Virus record (IMG/VR): IMGVR_UViG_3300020414_000570
Location: 1 to 24,150 of that record
Reading direction: 5' to 3' (one strand)
DNA: 24,150 nt
Source of the DNA: a virus
Lineage: Duplodnaviria > Caudoviricetes
This document shows positions 9,287-19,189 of this stretch, one piece after another. Made by a program: the position numbers and the translations under genes. Position 1 is the stretch's first letter. The number at the start of each line of letters is the position of its first letter. Below the pieces are notes generated by a model that had not been told where the DNA came from, searched no databases, and was given only the letters and a program-made list of their open reading frames with translations.

Positions 9287-10840
9287 ATGGCTGCTATTAT
9301 AACGGATCAGATTAGGATATTAAACGCAAAGAATTTTATTGCTGGTGTTAACAACTCCAGCAATTCTTATTATTCTTTTGTTGGTTTGCCTAATCCTACA
9401 GATTATCAAAGTGATTGGGATACTGATCCTCCTGCACCAAAAGATAATTTTGATCAAGAGAATGACTATTGGGATACAATGGTCGCTTTGAAGAAGATTA
9501 ATACTGCTGATGCAAGTCAAGTGGTTCCAAAGAGAACTTGGAGTTCTGGAACTTCGTATGACATGTATCGTCATGACTATAGCAGAACTAATACAGCGAA
9601 GGTTTCTGGTTCTACATCATTATATCTTGCAAACTATTTTGTAATGAATAGTGATTTCAGAGTTTATATCTGTTTGCAAAATGGGATGGATCCTGATAAT
9701 CCCACAGGAAGAGCATCTTTGGATGAACCAACTTTTACTGATTTAGAACCCAGAAGCGCAGGCACTAGTGGTGATGGTTATGTTTGGAAGTATCTTTACA
9801 CGATTAAACCAAGTGAAGTTGTAAAGTTTGAGTCCACTCAGTACATGCCAGTTCCAACGGACTGGACAACTGCATCTGATAATGCAGCAGTAAGAGATAA
9901 CGCTGTTGATGGAAGTATCAAAACTGCAATCATTACCAATCGTGGTGTTGGTTTAGGGACTGCAAATGCAACCTATACTGGAGTTCCAATCAAAGGAGAT
10001 GGAACTGGAGCAGAGTGTACGATTGTTATCAACGGAAACCAGCAGGTAGGACAAGTTATTGTTTCTAGTCAAGGTTCTGGTTACACTTATGGTAATGTTG
10101 ATTTAGTTGCTGGTGGAGTTCCAACAGGAACCACGAGACCTACTTTTGATGTAATCATTCCTCCTCAGGGTGGACATGGTGCAGACATCTATAGAGAATT
10201 GGGAGCATATAACGTTCTTCTGTATTCCAGAATTGAAAACGATAATGAAAATCCAGATTTTATTACTGGAAACCAGATTGCAAGAATCGGTGTTGTAGAA
10301 AATCCTGCACAGTTTGGTTCGTCTACAATTCTGTCTTCGGATAAAGCATCTGCAGTCAGCGCCCTTAAGTTGGTCGGTACTGGATATAGCACCGCTACAT
10401 TCACGGCAGATTCTTACTTCACTCAAACAGTTTCTACTGGGTCTACTGCAGTAGGAAGAGTTGTTAGTTATGACCAGACAACAGGGGTGCTTAAGTTCTG
10501 GCAAGATAGAAGTGTTGCTGGATTTAATACTGTAGGAACTGCACAAACTCAACCTACGTATGGATTCGATTTGACAGAGTTTACCTCTTCACCAGGAGCA
10601 GGTGGTAACTTAACAATTACTCCATCTTCAGGGTCTAATTTAGGTATCGATACTAACTTCTCAGGTATATCAACCGTAATAAATAATCGTACATACTATC
10701 TTGGTCAGAGTTTTACGAGTGGTGTTGCCAATCCTGAGGTGAAAAAACACTCTGGAAATATTATCTACGTTGACAACAGACCATCTATCACCAGATCGTC
10801 GAACCAAAAGGAAGACATAAAAGTTATTTTGCAGTTCTAA
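9287..10840 (+). CDS. gp8: Baseplate wedge subunit gp8
   Basis: 517 aa; N-terminus MAAIITDQIRILNAKNF, internal WSSGTSYDMYRHDY, YFVMNSDFRVYICLQNG and GDGYVWKYLYTI, C-terminus IIYVDNRPSITRSSNQKEDIKVILQF, all typical of T4-like cyanophage gp8; follows gp7. Confidence 0.92.
   Translation: MAAIITDQIRILNAKNFIAGVNNSSNSYYSFVGLPNPTDYQSDWDTDPPAPKDNFDQENDYWDTMVALKKINTADASQVVPKRTWSSGTSYDMYRHDYSRTNTAKVSGSTSLYLANYFVMNSDFRVYICLQNGMDPDNPTGRASLDEPTFTDLEPRSAGTSGDGYVWKYLYTIKPSEVVKFESTQYMPVPTDWTTASDNAAVRDNAVDGSIKTAIITNRGVGLGTANATYTGVPIKGDGTGAECTIVINGNQQVGQVIVSSQGSGYTYGNVDLVAGGVPTGTTRPTFDVIIPPQGGHGADIYRELGAYNVLLYSRIENDNENPDFITGNQIARIGVVENPAQFGSSTILSSDKASAVSALKLVGTGYSTATFTADSYFTQTVSTGSTAVGRVVSYDQTTGVLKFWQDRSVAGFNTVGTAQTQPTYGFDLTEFTSSPGAGGNLTITPSSGSNLGIDTNFSGISTVINNRTYYLGQSFTSGVANPEVKKHSGNIIYVDNRPSITRSSNQKEDIKVILQF
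10678..10685 (+). promoter_or_regulatory. Candidate internal late promoter (AATAAATA) within the 3' end of gp8, upstream of the VrlC-like gene
   Basis: gtAATAAATAatc (codons V-I-N-N), about 160 nt before the ATG at 10847. The gp8-VrlC gap is only 6 nt, so a dedicated promoter would have to be internal. Confidence 0.5.
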
Positions 10841-10846
10841 AGAATT

Positions 10847-13800
10847 ATGCCACAGCAGACGAATCTAAACGTAGCGCCCTACTTTGACGACTTTGATCCC
10901 GCTAACGATTACCACAAGGTATTATTCAAACCTGGTTATCCTGTTCAGGCAAGGGAATTAACATCCCTACAGTCTATACTGCAAAATCAGATTGAGAAGT
11001 TTGGTCAGCACTTCTTTAAAGAAGGTGCAAAGGTTATTCCTGGAAATACTTCCTACACAAGGTTGTATTATGCAATCCAGTTGGACAATAACTTCCAAGG
11101 GGTTCCTGTAGCTGCTTACGTTGACCAATTAATTGGAACGACAATTACAGGTGCTAGATCTGGAGTAACTGCTGTCGTCGATAGCGTCGTCTTACCAGAA
11201 GATTCTGAAAACGGTAATATAACTCTTTATATCAACTATCTTGGTTCTAGTACAACCAATAATCAAACACAAACATTTTTCGATGCAGAAAATTTAACCT
11301 GTAATGAGGTTATTATTTCTGGACTGCTTGGTAATACAAATATTCCAGTTGGTTCTGCTTTTGCTAGTACAATCGCATCCAACGCTGCTGCTACTGGTTC
11401 TGCATTCTCCGTAGATAATGGTGTCTACTTTGTAAGAGGTAATTTTGTCAATGTAGATAGAGAAACTTTAATTCTTGACCAGTACAGCAATACTCCAAGT
11501 TATAGAATCGGTTTCTTTGTTGATGAAGAGATTATCACAGCAGACCTAGATGAAACGTTAAACGATAATTCCCAAGGATTTAATAATTACGCTGCTCCTG
11601 GTGCGGATAGACTTTCTATCAGTTTAAGTTTATTCAAAAAACCCTTAGATGATTTTGCTGATGACAACTTCATTTTACTTGCAACTGTAATTAACGGTGT
11701 CCTCCAAATCAGTTCTCAAAAATCTCTTTTTGGTGGAGATTCTGGTTATAACAATGTTATCGATACTCTTGCGAGAAGAACTTTTGATGAGTCTGGACAT
11801 TACTATGTAAAACCTTTTGATGTATCTGTTGTAGATTCGTTAAACGACTTGGTAGGCAATAATGGTGTCTTTAATGATGGGCAATTTACTCCTGGTGGAC
11901 AAACTCCTACCGATAATCTCGCTCTGCTCAGAGTTTCTCCTGGTAAGGCGTATGTAAAAGGATATGAGTGTGAAACTCTTAACACGACTTTCATCGATGT
12001 AGACAAACCAAGAACTACAAAAACTATTGAAAACCAAGGTTTTACCTATAACACAGGTCCAACCTTCAAACTGAACAGCGTTTATAGAACACCTACGGTT
12101 GGAGTTGGTAATACTTTTGTTGTAAGTTTACGAGATCAAAGAGTTGGTGTCAATTCTGAAACTGCACCTGGAAAAGAAATTGGTCTTGCAAGAGTATATG
12201 ACTTTAGATTAGAGTCTGGAACTTACAGTGCTACCAATGCAAATACAAATCAGTGGGACCTCGCTCTGTATGACGTACAGACCACTACTGAAATTGCACT
12301 GAACCAAGCACATACTCTCACTGTTCCTACTTTCGTTAAGGGTAACTCTAGTGGTGCAACTGGATTTGTAAGATATCCAGTAAGCGCAGGAACCGCTGTT
12401 ACCGTTTATGATAGCAAAGGCACATTCGTAGTAAACGAAAAACTCTCGTTCAATGGACTTGAGAATGGAAGAATTGCAATTGCCGTAACCGAGAACAAAA
12501 TTTCCAATGTGAAATCTGTATATGCTACTTCTAACACCTTAGATTTAGCAGACGGTATCACTGGAGTAAACACTTTTAGTGCTAACGTTCTTCAGTCTAA
12601 TAAATTTGTTGTTGGTATTGCTACCATCAGTCCTAAGTCTGGCGGAGTAAGCACGATTACAACCGGTAATAATCTGTTCCCAGGAACCGTTGTTAAAGAA
12701 AACGATTTAGTAAGATACACTGACACAACAGCAGGACTCACCGTAGATCCTATTGTTGCTAGAGTTACTAATGTAGGAACTTCAAATGTAACTATTGAAG
12801 GTGTTGCTACTGTTTCTGGTATCGCAAGTGGATTCTTGCCAGCATCTACGCTGAGTGTTACCGACTTGGAAGTTCTTACTACTGAACTTGCTCCATCTTC
12901 GGACAGCACTTTATTCACTCCACTACCAAAACCAAACGTAGCAGCAGTCGATCTTGCTGAAACTACGTTTACCATTAGAAAGACTTTCAGCGTAGATATT
13001 GTTGACAACCAACTTTCTGTTGCTGCAGCAGCAGGCACCAATGAAACATTCCTTCCCTTCGATGATGAGAGATATACTCTTATCAGGTCTGATGGTGTTA
13101 CAGAGGAACTGACTGCCGATAGATTTGAAATCTCTGCAGATGCAAAGTCTCTTCAGATTAGAAATCTTGGAACTGACAATACTGGTGCAACTCTGACCGC
13201 TACCTTGAGAAAGGTAAATGCAACCTCAAAGGTAAAAATTAAAAATAGAGTAAAGTCTATTATCGTCGATAAATCTAGACTTGAGGGTTCTGGTATCGGA
13301 ACAACCACTCTTAATAATGGACTGACTTTTGGAAACTATCCATACGGAACTAGAGTTGAAGATGAGATAATCTCCCTCAACGTCCCAGATATCATCACGA
13401 TTCAGGGAATCTACGAATCTGCAGATACCTCGACTGCAAGTGCTCCTAAGGTATCTCTTCTTAATATCATCAGTCCATCCACGACCACTTCCGATTTACT
13501 GATTGGAGAAAGAATTACAGGTCAAACTAGTGGTGCTGTAGCAATTATCGCTGAGATTGTAGACGCATCTACTATCTCCTTTGTTTATAAGAACGAATCT
13601 GTATTTTTAGAAGGTGAAACTCTCGACTTTGATGAATCTGGCAGCACTGCCAGAGTCTCTGTCTTAACAACACCAAGTTTTAATGTATCCTCAAACTATA
13701 CGTTTAGAACTGGTCAAGAGGAAACCCTATATTCTTATGGAAGCGTCAGAAGAAAAATCAAGAGTAGCGCACCTGTAAAGCAGTTAAAAATCTATTTTAC

Positions 13801-16800
13801 ATCCGCCTCGTTTGATTCAACTGATAATGGCGATATCGTAACGGTAGAATCTTATAAGAATTTTGATTACTCCACAGAAATCAAGACTGTTGCTAATTAC
13901 AGAAATACTGACATCATTGATTTGAGACCAAGAGTTTCTGAATATACTGTTGCTGAGGGTGCTAGATCTCCTCTTGAGTTTGCTGGCAGAACGTTTAACG
14001 CATCTGGTCAGTCTGTAAATAACATCTTGGCGTCTGACGAGAACATTATTGCTGATGTTGACTACTACCTGGGTAGAATTGACAGACTGTTCCTTTCTAA
14101 AGATGGAAGATTCCAAGTTGTTTACGGAACTCCCTCTGACAATCCTGTACAACCTAACCCTGTAGACGATGCGATTGAAATTTGTAGTTATGAGTTGCCA
14201 CCATACCTCTATAATGTTGGAGATGTTAAATTAGCATTTAACCAGCATAAGAGATTCCGTATGCAGGATATCAAGAAACTTGAGGATAGAATCAAGTCTC
14301 TTGAGTACTATACAACTCTCTCCTTACTAGAGAAAGAAACTGCAAATCTGTTTATTGCTGACTCTGAAGGTTTGAACAGATTTAAGTCTGGTTTCTTTGT
14401 TGATAACTTCTCCGGATTCCAAACTCAAGAAGATAGTGCTGATATCAAGAACTCTATTGATAGAAAGTATAGTGAACTGAGACCAAGACATTATACCAAT
14501 TCAGTTGATATGATTCTTGGTCCTGTTGTTGATAGAGATACAACTTTAGATTCTAGTGTTGCACCTATCGAAGGCAATAACGTTAGAAAAAATGATGATA
14601 TTGTAACTCTTGATTATGCTGAAGTTGAGTATATTAAGCAAGCATTTGCAACTAGAACTGAAAGTGTCACTCCTTTCCTGATTAGTTTCTGGAACGGTAC
14701 TATGGAGTTGACTCCAGCTACCGACAACTGGGTTGATACAACTCGTTTAGAAGCAAAGATTATTCAGCAAGAAGGTAATTACACTGAGACCTTCAACACC
14801 ATGGTTGAAAATGGTGAGATTGATCCTCAAACTGGATTTGGTCCTATCCTCTGGGATTCTTGGGAAACTAACTGGGGTGGAGTTACAGAAGAAACCACCA
14901 CTAGAACTAGAACTATCAATGGTGGACCTGGTGAAATTCATCGTCAAGGACATGGTGGAAGAGCAAGACAAAGAAGAGAAACCAGAACTGTTACTGATAG
15001 AACAATCGAAGAGACATTTGTAAGCAGAGTTCAGTCTGGTGTTCAGTCTAGAAATGGAACTAGAACTATTGTCACTGAAGAGTTTGATACTAATTCTCTT
15101 GGAGACAGAACTGTCAGCAGAGATTTGATTGCAACAATGAGATCTAGAAACGTTGAATTCGTTTCTAAGAAGATGAAACCACTCACAAGATTGTATGCAT
15201 TTTTCGATGGAGTGGATGTCACGAAGTATTGTGTACCTAAACTTCTTGAAATTTCCATGACTAGTGGAACCTTCCAAGTCGGAGAGACTGTAGAAGGTAG
15301 AATGATTAGAACTGGTCTCGCTGAAGAGTCTAATGAGACCTCTCCTAAGATTACTTTCAGAGTTGCTCAAATTAATCATAGAGAAGGTGCTTACAATAGT
15401 CCAACCAAAACTTTCCGTGATAACCCTTACACCAATCGTCCTCTTTCTAATGCATATTCTTCAACTTCAAATATTCTGAACGTTGATACTCTTTCTCTTT
15501 CCGAACAAGCACAGGGAGAGTTCTTTGGACATGTTCAAACTGGAATGACATTCGTCGGAAAGACCAGTGGAGCACAAGCAACTCTGGATGACGTAAGACT
15601 TATCTCTGACATTTCCGCTACAGTTATCGGAAGTCTGTTTATTCCTGATCCAAATAACGTTAACTTCCCCAAATTTGAAACTGGAACTAAGACGTTTACG
15701 CTTCTGAATGACCAAGATAATAATCAAGATCTTGCTTCCACTATTGCTGAAGAGAACTTCACTTCTTCGGGAACCCTGGAAGTTCTTCAGGAGAACATTC
15801 TCTCTATTAGAAATGCTAGAGTTGAGCAGAAGAGAGAGTTCCAGGATAGAAACGTTGAGCAGACTCTTGGCACTGAACTGGTTAATACTAACGTTCTTAG
15901 TGAATCTCAGAGAACTCAAACCATTATCACCTGGTATGACCCACTTGCTCAGTCCTTCTTAGTTGAAGATGAGACAGGTTGTTTCCTTACCAGTTGTGAT
16001 GTGTTCTTCAGAACAGTTGACGACGGAGATACTCCTGTTGTATTCCAACTGAGATCTATGGATAATGGTCTCCCCACAACTAAGGTTCTGCCTGGTTCTG
16101 AGATTGTTTTAGATCCATCTGATATCACCACTTCCTCTGATGGTTCTGTCGCTACAAACGTTCAGTTCAAATCACCTGTTTATGTTGAGGGTGGTAAGGA
16201 GTATGCAATTTGCTTAGCGTCTAACTCTACCAAGTATACTGTTTATATCTCTAGAATCGGTGAGAATGATCTGTTAACAGACACATTCATTTCTAGCCAA
16301 CCTTATCTTGGTTCTTTGTTCAAGTCACAGAACAATACCACATGGGAACCAAGTCAGTGGGAAGACCTTAAGTTTACTCTGTATAGAGGAGACTTCGTTG
16401 AAAGTGGTAGTATTGAATTCTACAATCCTGAACTTACACAGGGTAACGCTCAGATTGCTAAGTTGCTTCCCGATCCTATCTCTATCGCATCTAAGAAGAT
16501 TAGAGTTGGTCTTGGAACCACTGTCGCTGATAATGGATATGAGATTGGTAATACCTTCTTCCAAGACGGTACAAACGCCACAGGAGACCTTGTAGGCACC
16601 GCTGGTTCCGTAACAGGTACTCTGTCGGTATCTAACGCTGGTCTTGGTTACACACCTGCTAGCGGTTCCTATACGTTCGCTGGTGTCAATCTCGTTACAC
16701 TTACGGGTAGTGGTAGAGGTGCAACTGCAGAAATCAGCGTCCTTAACGGTGCTATCGTTGCCTCTGGTGCAACCATCACCACAGGTGGTTCTGGTTATGC

Positions 16801-18391
16801 TGTAGGAGATGTTCTTGGAATTTCTACTATCGGTATTGCTACCATCGGTAGAGATGCAAAACTCACCGTAACTGGAATTGGAGTTACAAACGAACTTATC
16901 CTTGATAATGTTCAGGGCAATTTCGTTGTTGGTACTGGCAAGTCGATGAACTACTTCAACAGCGTTGGAGTTGCTCAGACATTAAATAATGACCTTCCTG
17001 GCGCTCCTGGTGGAGATGTTCAAATTTCCTCTATCGTTACTATTAACGATGGTCTGCATATGAACATCAGTCATAAAAACCATGGCATGTACTTCAATGG
17101 TAATAGTGTCAAACTGTCTGGTGTAAAACCAGATATCAAACCAACCACTCTTACTGCAGCATATCCAGCAGATTCCACTAGCGGTATTACAGTTGGACTT
17201 GGAGCAACATTCGCTACCTTTGAAAATGTTGGAGTTGGAACCACTAATGTCGGTTTACTGCTTATCGGTGATGAAGTCATTGAATACACTAATGTAACTG
17301 GAAACACCATCGGCGGAAACATTGTCAGAGGAGATAATCCTAAGACGTATCCTGCAGGAACTCCAGTATTCAAGTATGAGATGGGTGGAGTAAGTTTGAA
17401 TCGTATCAATAGAACTCATGCTTTAGGTGATGTAACTGAGGCAGACCCATTCTCGTTCGATTCTTATAAGGTCAAACTTGATGTAAGTGCAACCACAGGG
17501 ACCGCTAGAAATACTGATGTTGGATTCCCTCAGTTGCAACTTAATCAATCCAAGTCTACTGGCGGAACTAAGGTCAGAGCGACCCAGAACATGCCATTTG
17601 AATTGATGACACCAAACGTTCATAACATGACGGTTCCTGGAACCACTATTACAGGTGAAGTTAGAACAACAACATCTAGAAGTTTCAGTGGAACTGAAAC
17701 CCCATATCTGAACGCTGGATTTGAAGACATCGTAATCAATCAGAAGAATTACTTTGATTCTCCAAGAATGATTGCATCTAAGATTAATGAAGATGCAAAT
17801 CTCTCTACACAACCAGGTTCTAAGTCAATGAACATGAGACTGTTCCTCAACACAGTTGATACAAAACTGACTCCTGTCATTGATACTCAGAGAGTAAGTG
17901 CTGTGCTTACCTCTAACAGAGTGAACAATGTGATTACTGATTATGCAACCGACTCTAGAGTTGACAGTATTGACGAAGATCCTACAGCATGTCAGTATAT
18001 TTCTAAAGAAATTATACTTGAAAATTCTGCATCTTCCCTCAAGATTATTCTCGCTGCTCATGTTAATGTTGATGCTGATATCAGAGCGTTCTACTCAATA
18101 GCAAATGAACCTGGAATTGAACCTACGTTCTCACCATTCCCAGGTTATTCCAACCTCAATACTAGAGGTGAGGTAATTGCACCACAAAATAATAATGGTG
18201 AGTCTGATTCACGCATTATCAAGTCCACTACTTTGGCACAAGATTCTGCTTTGCTTGACTACAGAGAATATACCTTCACCATTGATGAATTACCTGCATT
18301 CAAGACTTACAGAATTAAGTTGAATCTTACATCAACAAACCAGTGTTTTGTTCCTAGAATTAAGGACTTGAGAGTGATTGCTTTAGCGTGA
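10847..18391 (+). CDS. vrlC: Large virion structural protein, VrlC-like / DUF4815 family
   Basis: 2514 aa; N-terminal signature LNVAPYFDDFD...VLFKPGYPVQARELTSLQSILQNQIEKFG, plus APGADRL, RFKSGFFVDNF, DPLAQSF, QPYLGSLFKSQN and C-terminal VPRIKDLRVIALA. Sits after gp8, as in T4-like cyanophages. Confidence 0.85.
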   Translation: MPQQTNLNVAPYFDDFDPANDYHKVLFKPGYPVQARELTSLQSILQNQIEKFGQHFFKEGAKVIPGNTSYTRLYYAIQLDNNFQGVPVAAYVDQLIGTTITGARSGVTAVVDSVVLPEDSENGNITLYINYLGSSTTNNQTQTFFDAENLTCNEVIISGLLGNTNIPVGSAFASTIASNAAATGSAFSVDNGVYFVRGNFVNVDRETLILDQYSNTPSYRIGFFVDEEIITADLDETLNDNSQGFNNYAAPGADRLSISLSLFKKPLDDFADDNFILLATVINGVLQISSQKSLFGGDSGYNNVIDTLARRTFDESGHYYVKPFDVSVVDSLNDLVGNNGVFNDGQFTPGGQTPTDNLALLRVSPGKAYVKGYECETLNTTFIDVDKPRTTKTIENQGFTYNTGPTFKLNSVYRTPTVGVGNTFVVSLRDQRVGVNSETAPGKEIGLARVYDFRLESGTYSATNANTNQWDLALYDVQTTTEIALNQAHTLTVPTFVKGNSSGATGFVRYPVSAGTAVTVYDSKGTFVVNEKLSFNGLENGRIAIAVTENKISNVKSVYATSNTLDLADGITGVNTFSANVLQSNKFVVGIATISPKSGGVSTITTGNNLFPGTVVKENDLVRYTDTTAGLTVDPIVARVTNVGTSNVTIEGVATVSGIASGFLPASTLSVTDLEVLTTELAPSSDSTLFTPLPKPNVAAVDLAETTFTIRKTFSVDIVDNQLSVAAAAGTNETFLPFDDERYTLIRSDGVTEELTADRFEISADAKSLQIRNLGTDNTGATLTATLRKVNATSKVKIKNRVKSIIVDKSRLEGSGIGTTTLNNGLTFGNYPYGTRVEDEIISLNVPDIITIQGIYESADTSTASAPKVSLLNIISPSTTTSDLLIGERITGQTSGAVAIIAEIVDASTISFVYKNESVFLEGETLDFDESGSTARVSVLTTPSFNVSSNYTFRTGQEETLYSYGSVRRKIKSSAPVKQLKIYFTSASFDSTDNGDIVTVESYKNFDYSTEIKTVANYRNTDIIDLRPRVSEYTVAEGARSPLEFAGRTFNASGQSVNNILASDENIIADVDYYLGRIDRLFLSKDGRFQVVYGTPSDNPVQPNPVDDAIEICSYELPPYLYNVGDVKLAFNQHKRFRMQDIKKLEDRIKSLEYYTTLSLLEKETANLFIADSEGLNRFKSGFFVDNFSGFQTQEDSADIKNSIDRKYSELRPRHYTNSVDMILGPVVDRDTTLDSSVAPIEGNNVRKNDDIVTLDYAEVEYIKQAFATRTESVTPFLISFWNGTMELTPATDNWVDTTRLEAKIIQQEGNYTETFNTMVENGEIDPQTGFGPILWDSWETNWGGVTEETTTRTRTINGGPGEIHRQGHGGRARQRRETRTVTDRTIEETFVSRVQSGVQSRNGTRTIVTEEFDTNSLGDRTVSRDLIATMRSRNVEFVSKKMKPLTRLYAFFDGVDVTKYCVPKLLEISMTSGTFQVGETVEGRMIRTGLAEESNETSPKITFRVAQINHREGAYNSPTKTFRDNPYTNRPLSNAYSSTSNILNVDTLSLSEQAQGEFFGHVQTGMTFVGKTSGAQATLDDVRLISDISATVIGSLFIPDPNNVNFPKFETGTKTFTLLNDQDNNQDLASTIAEENFTSSGTLEVLQENILSIRNARVEQKREFQDRNVEQTLGTELVNTNVLSESQRTQTIITWYDPLAQSFLVEDETGCFLTSCDVFFRTVDDGDTPVVFQLRSMDNGLPTTKVLPGSEIVLDPSDITTSSDGSVATNVQFKSPVYVEGGKEYAICLASNSTKYTVYISRIGENDLLTDTFISSQPYLGSLFKSQNNTTWEPSQWEDLKFTLYRGDFVESGSIEFYNPELTQGNAQIAKLLPDPISIASKKIRVGLGTTVADNGYEIGNTFFQDGTNATGDLVGTAGSVTGTLSVSNAGLGYTPASGSYTFAGVNLVTLTGSGRGATAEISVLNGAIVASGATITTGGSGYAVGDVLGISTIGIATIGRDAKLTVTGIGVTNELILDNVQGNFVVGTGKSMNYFNSVGVAQTLNNDLPGAPGGDVQISSIVTINDGLHMNISHKNHGMYFNGNSVKLSGVKPDIKPTTLTAAYPADSTSGITVGLGATFATFENVGVGTTNVGLLLIGDEVIEYTNVTGNTIGGNIVRGDNPKTYPAGTPVFKYEMGGVSLNRINRTHALGDVTEADPFSFDSYKVKLDVSATTGTARNTDVGFPQLQLNQSKSTGGTKVRATQNMPFELMTPNVHNMTVPGTTITGEVRTTTSRSFSGTETPYLNAGFEDIVINQKNYFDSPRMIASKINEDANLSTQPGSKSMNMRLFLNTVDTKLTPVIDTQRVSAVLTSNRVNNVITDYATDSRVDSIDEDPTACQYISKEIILENSASSLKIILAAHVNVDADIRAFYSIANEPGIEPTFSPFPGYSNLNTRGEVIAPQNNNGESDSRIIKSTTLAQDSALLDYREYTFTIDELPAFKTYRIKLNLTSTNQCFVPRIKDLRVIALA

Positions 18392-18624
18392 TGGATTTTT
18401 ATGAATTAGAAGGTAATAAGGATCTCGCAAGAGATCCTAAAACCAATGCAATTGTTAATGTGAATGGTCTTGACTACACTCAATACCTCTCTACTAAAAA
18501 TGTTAAATCTGAAAAGAATCAGAAATTACAAACAGTAGAGCAAGATCTTGCTAATATGAAAGGTGAACTTGATGAAATTAAATCTTTACTTAAGGAGTTA
18601 CTAAATGGATCCCGATCAAATTGA
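18391..18624 (+). CDS. Small hypothetical protein with C-terminal coiled coil (77 aa)
   Basis: ATG at 18391 overlaps the VrlC stop (TGATG), a better start than the GTG at 18388. N-terminal EGNKDLARDPKTNAIVN followed by a heptad-like segment LQTVEQDLANMKGELDEIKSLLKELL. Confidence 0.75.
   Translation: MDFYELEGNKDLARDPKTNAIVNVNGLDYTQYLSTKNVKSEKNQKLQTVEQDLANMKGELDEIKSLLKELLNGSRSN
18591..18597 (+). promoter_or_regulatory. Strong Shine-Dalgarno site TAAGGAG for the 60-aa ORF
   Basis: TAAGGAG lies 7 nt upstream of the ATG at 18605, embedded in the preceding ORF. Confidence 0.7.
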
Positions 18625-18787
18625 ACTTAAAAACTTGTCAAAAAGTTTTGCATATCAACAGATCGCAAGTGATATAGATAATTGTGAAGACCGTGAAATG
18701 CTTAAGAATATTGCAAAGTCGTTTGCAAAATTATATTATAAACAGCAAGAAACAATGTCGGTAATAGGACTAGCAGATGCCATCTAA
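18605..18787 (+). CDS. Small helical hypothetical protein (60 aa), possibly NblA-like fold
   Basis: Strong RBS; overlaps the upstream gene by 20 nt and the downstream gene by 11 nt; amphipathic helix-loop-helix pattern. The gene call is well supported, the NblA likeness is only inferred. Confidence 0.7.
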   Translation: MDPDQIELKNLSKSFAYQQIASDIDNCEDREMLKNIAKSFAKLYYKQQETMSVIGLADAI

Positions 18788-19163
18788 AAATATTACTTTC
18801 GATCCAGACGCAGGAGTTCCTTACGGAGTAAACCTGACTATTCAGGGTGGTTCTGATTTCAATGCAAATCTAAACGTTTACACGACATCGAACGCTGCAT
18901 TTGATCTGACTGGATATACTGGATCTGCAGCAATGTCGAAAAGTGTTGCTGTTGGGGCAACACTAGGAATTACAACATCTTTTACTGTTGGATTTACAAG
19001 TGCTTATGATGGCAAAATGAAACTTTCTCTTGGGTCTACATCGACTAGATCTTTGAATGAAGGTAGATATGTATATGATGTTATCGTAGCAGCAGGAGGA
19101 ACCTTCTACACCCTTGCTAACGGCAACATATACGTTTACAACCCAGTATCATCAGCACCCTAA
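18777..19163 (+). CDS. Small beta-sandwich virion structural protein (128 aa), possible collar/fibre adaptor
   Basis: AGGA RBS at 18766-18769; pattern NLTIQGGSDF...FDLTGYTGSAAM...DGKMKLSL...T..L..GRYVYDV...GNIYV recalled from a phage Ig-like/BppU-N-like structural family; located just before gp13. Confidence 0.7.
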   Translation: MPSKNITFDPDAGVPYGVNLTIQGGSDFNANLNVYTTSNAAFDLTGYTGSAAMSKSVAVGATLGITTSFTVGFTSAYDGKMKLSLGSTSTRSLNEGRYVYDVIVAAGGTFYTLANGNIYVYNPVSSAP

Positions 19164-19166
19164 ATA
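19160..19166 (+). promoter_or_regulatory. Late promoter variant CTAAATA overlapping a stop codon, upstream of gp13
   Basis: gcaccCTAAATAcac; TAA stop at 19161-19163; 23 nt before the gp13 ATG. Confidence 0.62.
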
Positions 19167-19189
19167 CACTTAGGAAACTTGTGGAATAA

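Noticed and set aside
1-18391. Inteins, introns or homing endonucleases explaining the very large ORFs
   Set aside because: No Hint-domain, LAGLIDADG, HNH or GIY-YIG motifs recognised and no frame interruptions; size is accounted for by repeated structural modules.
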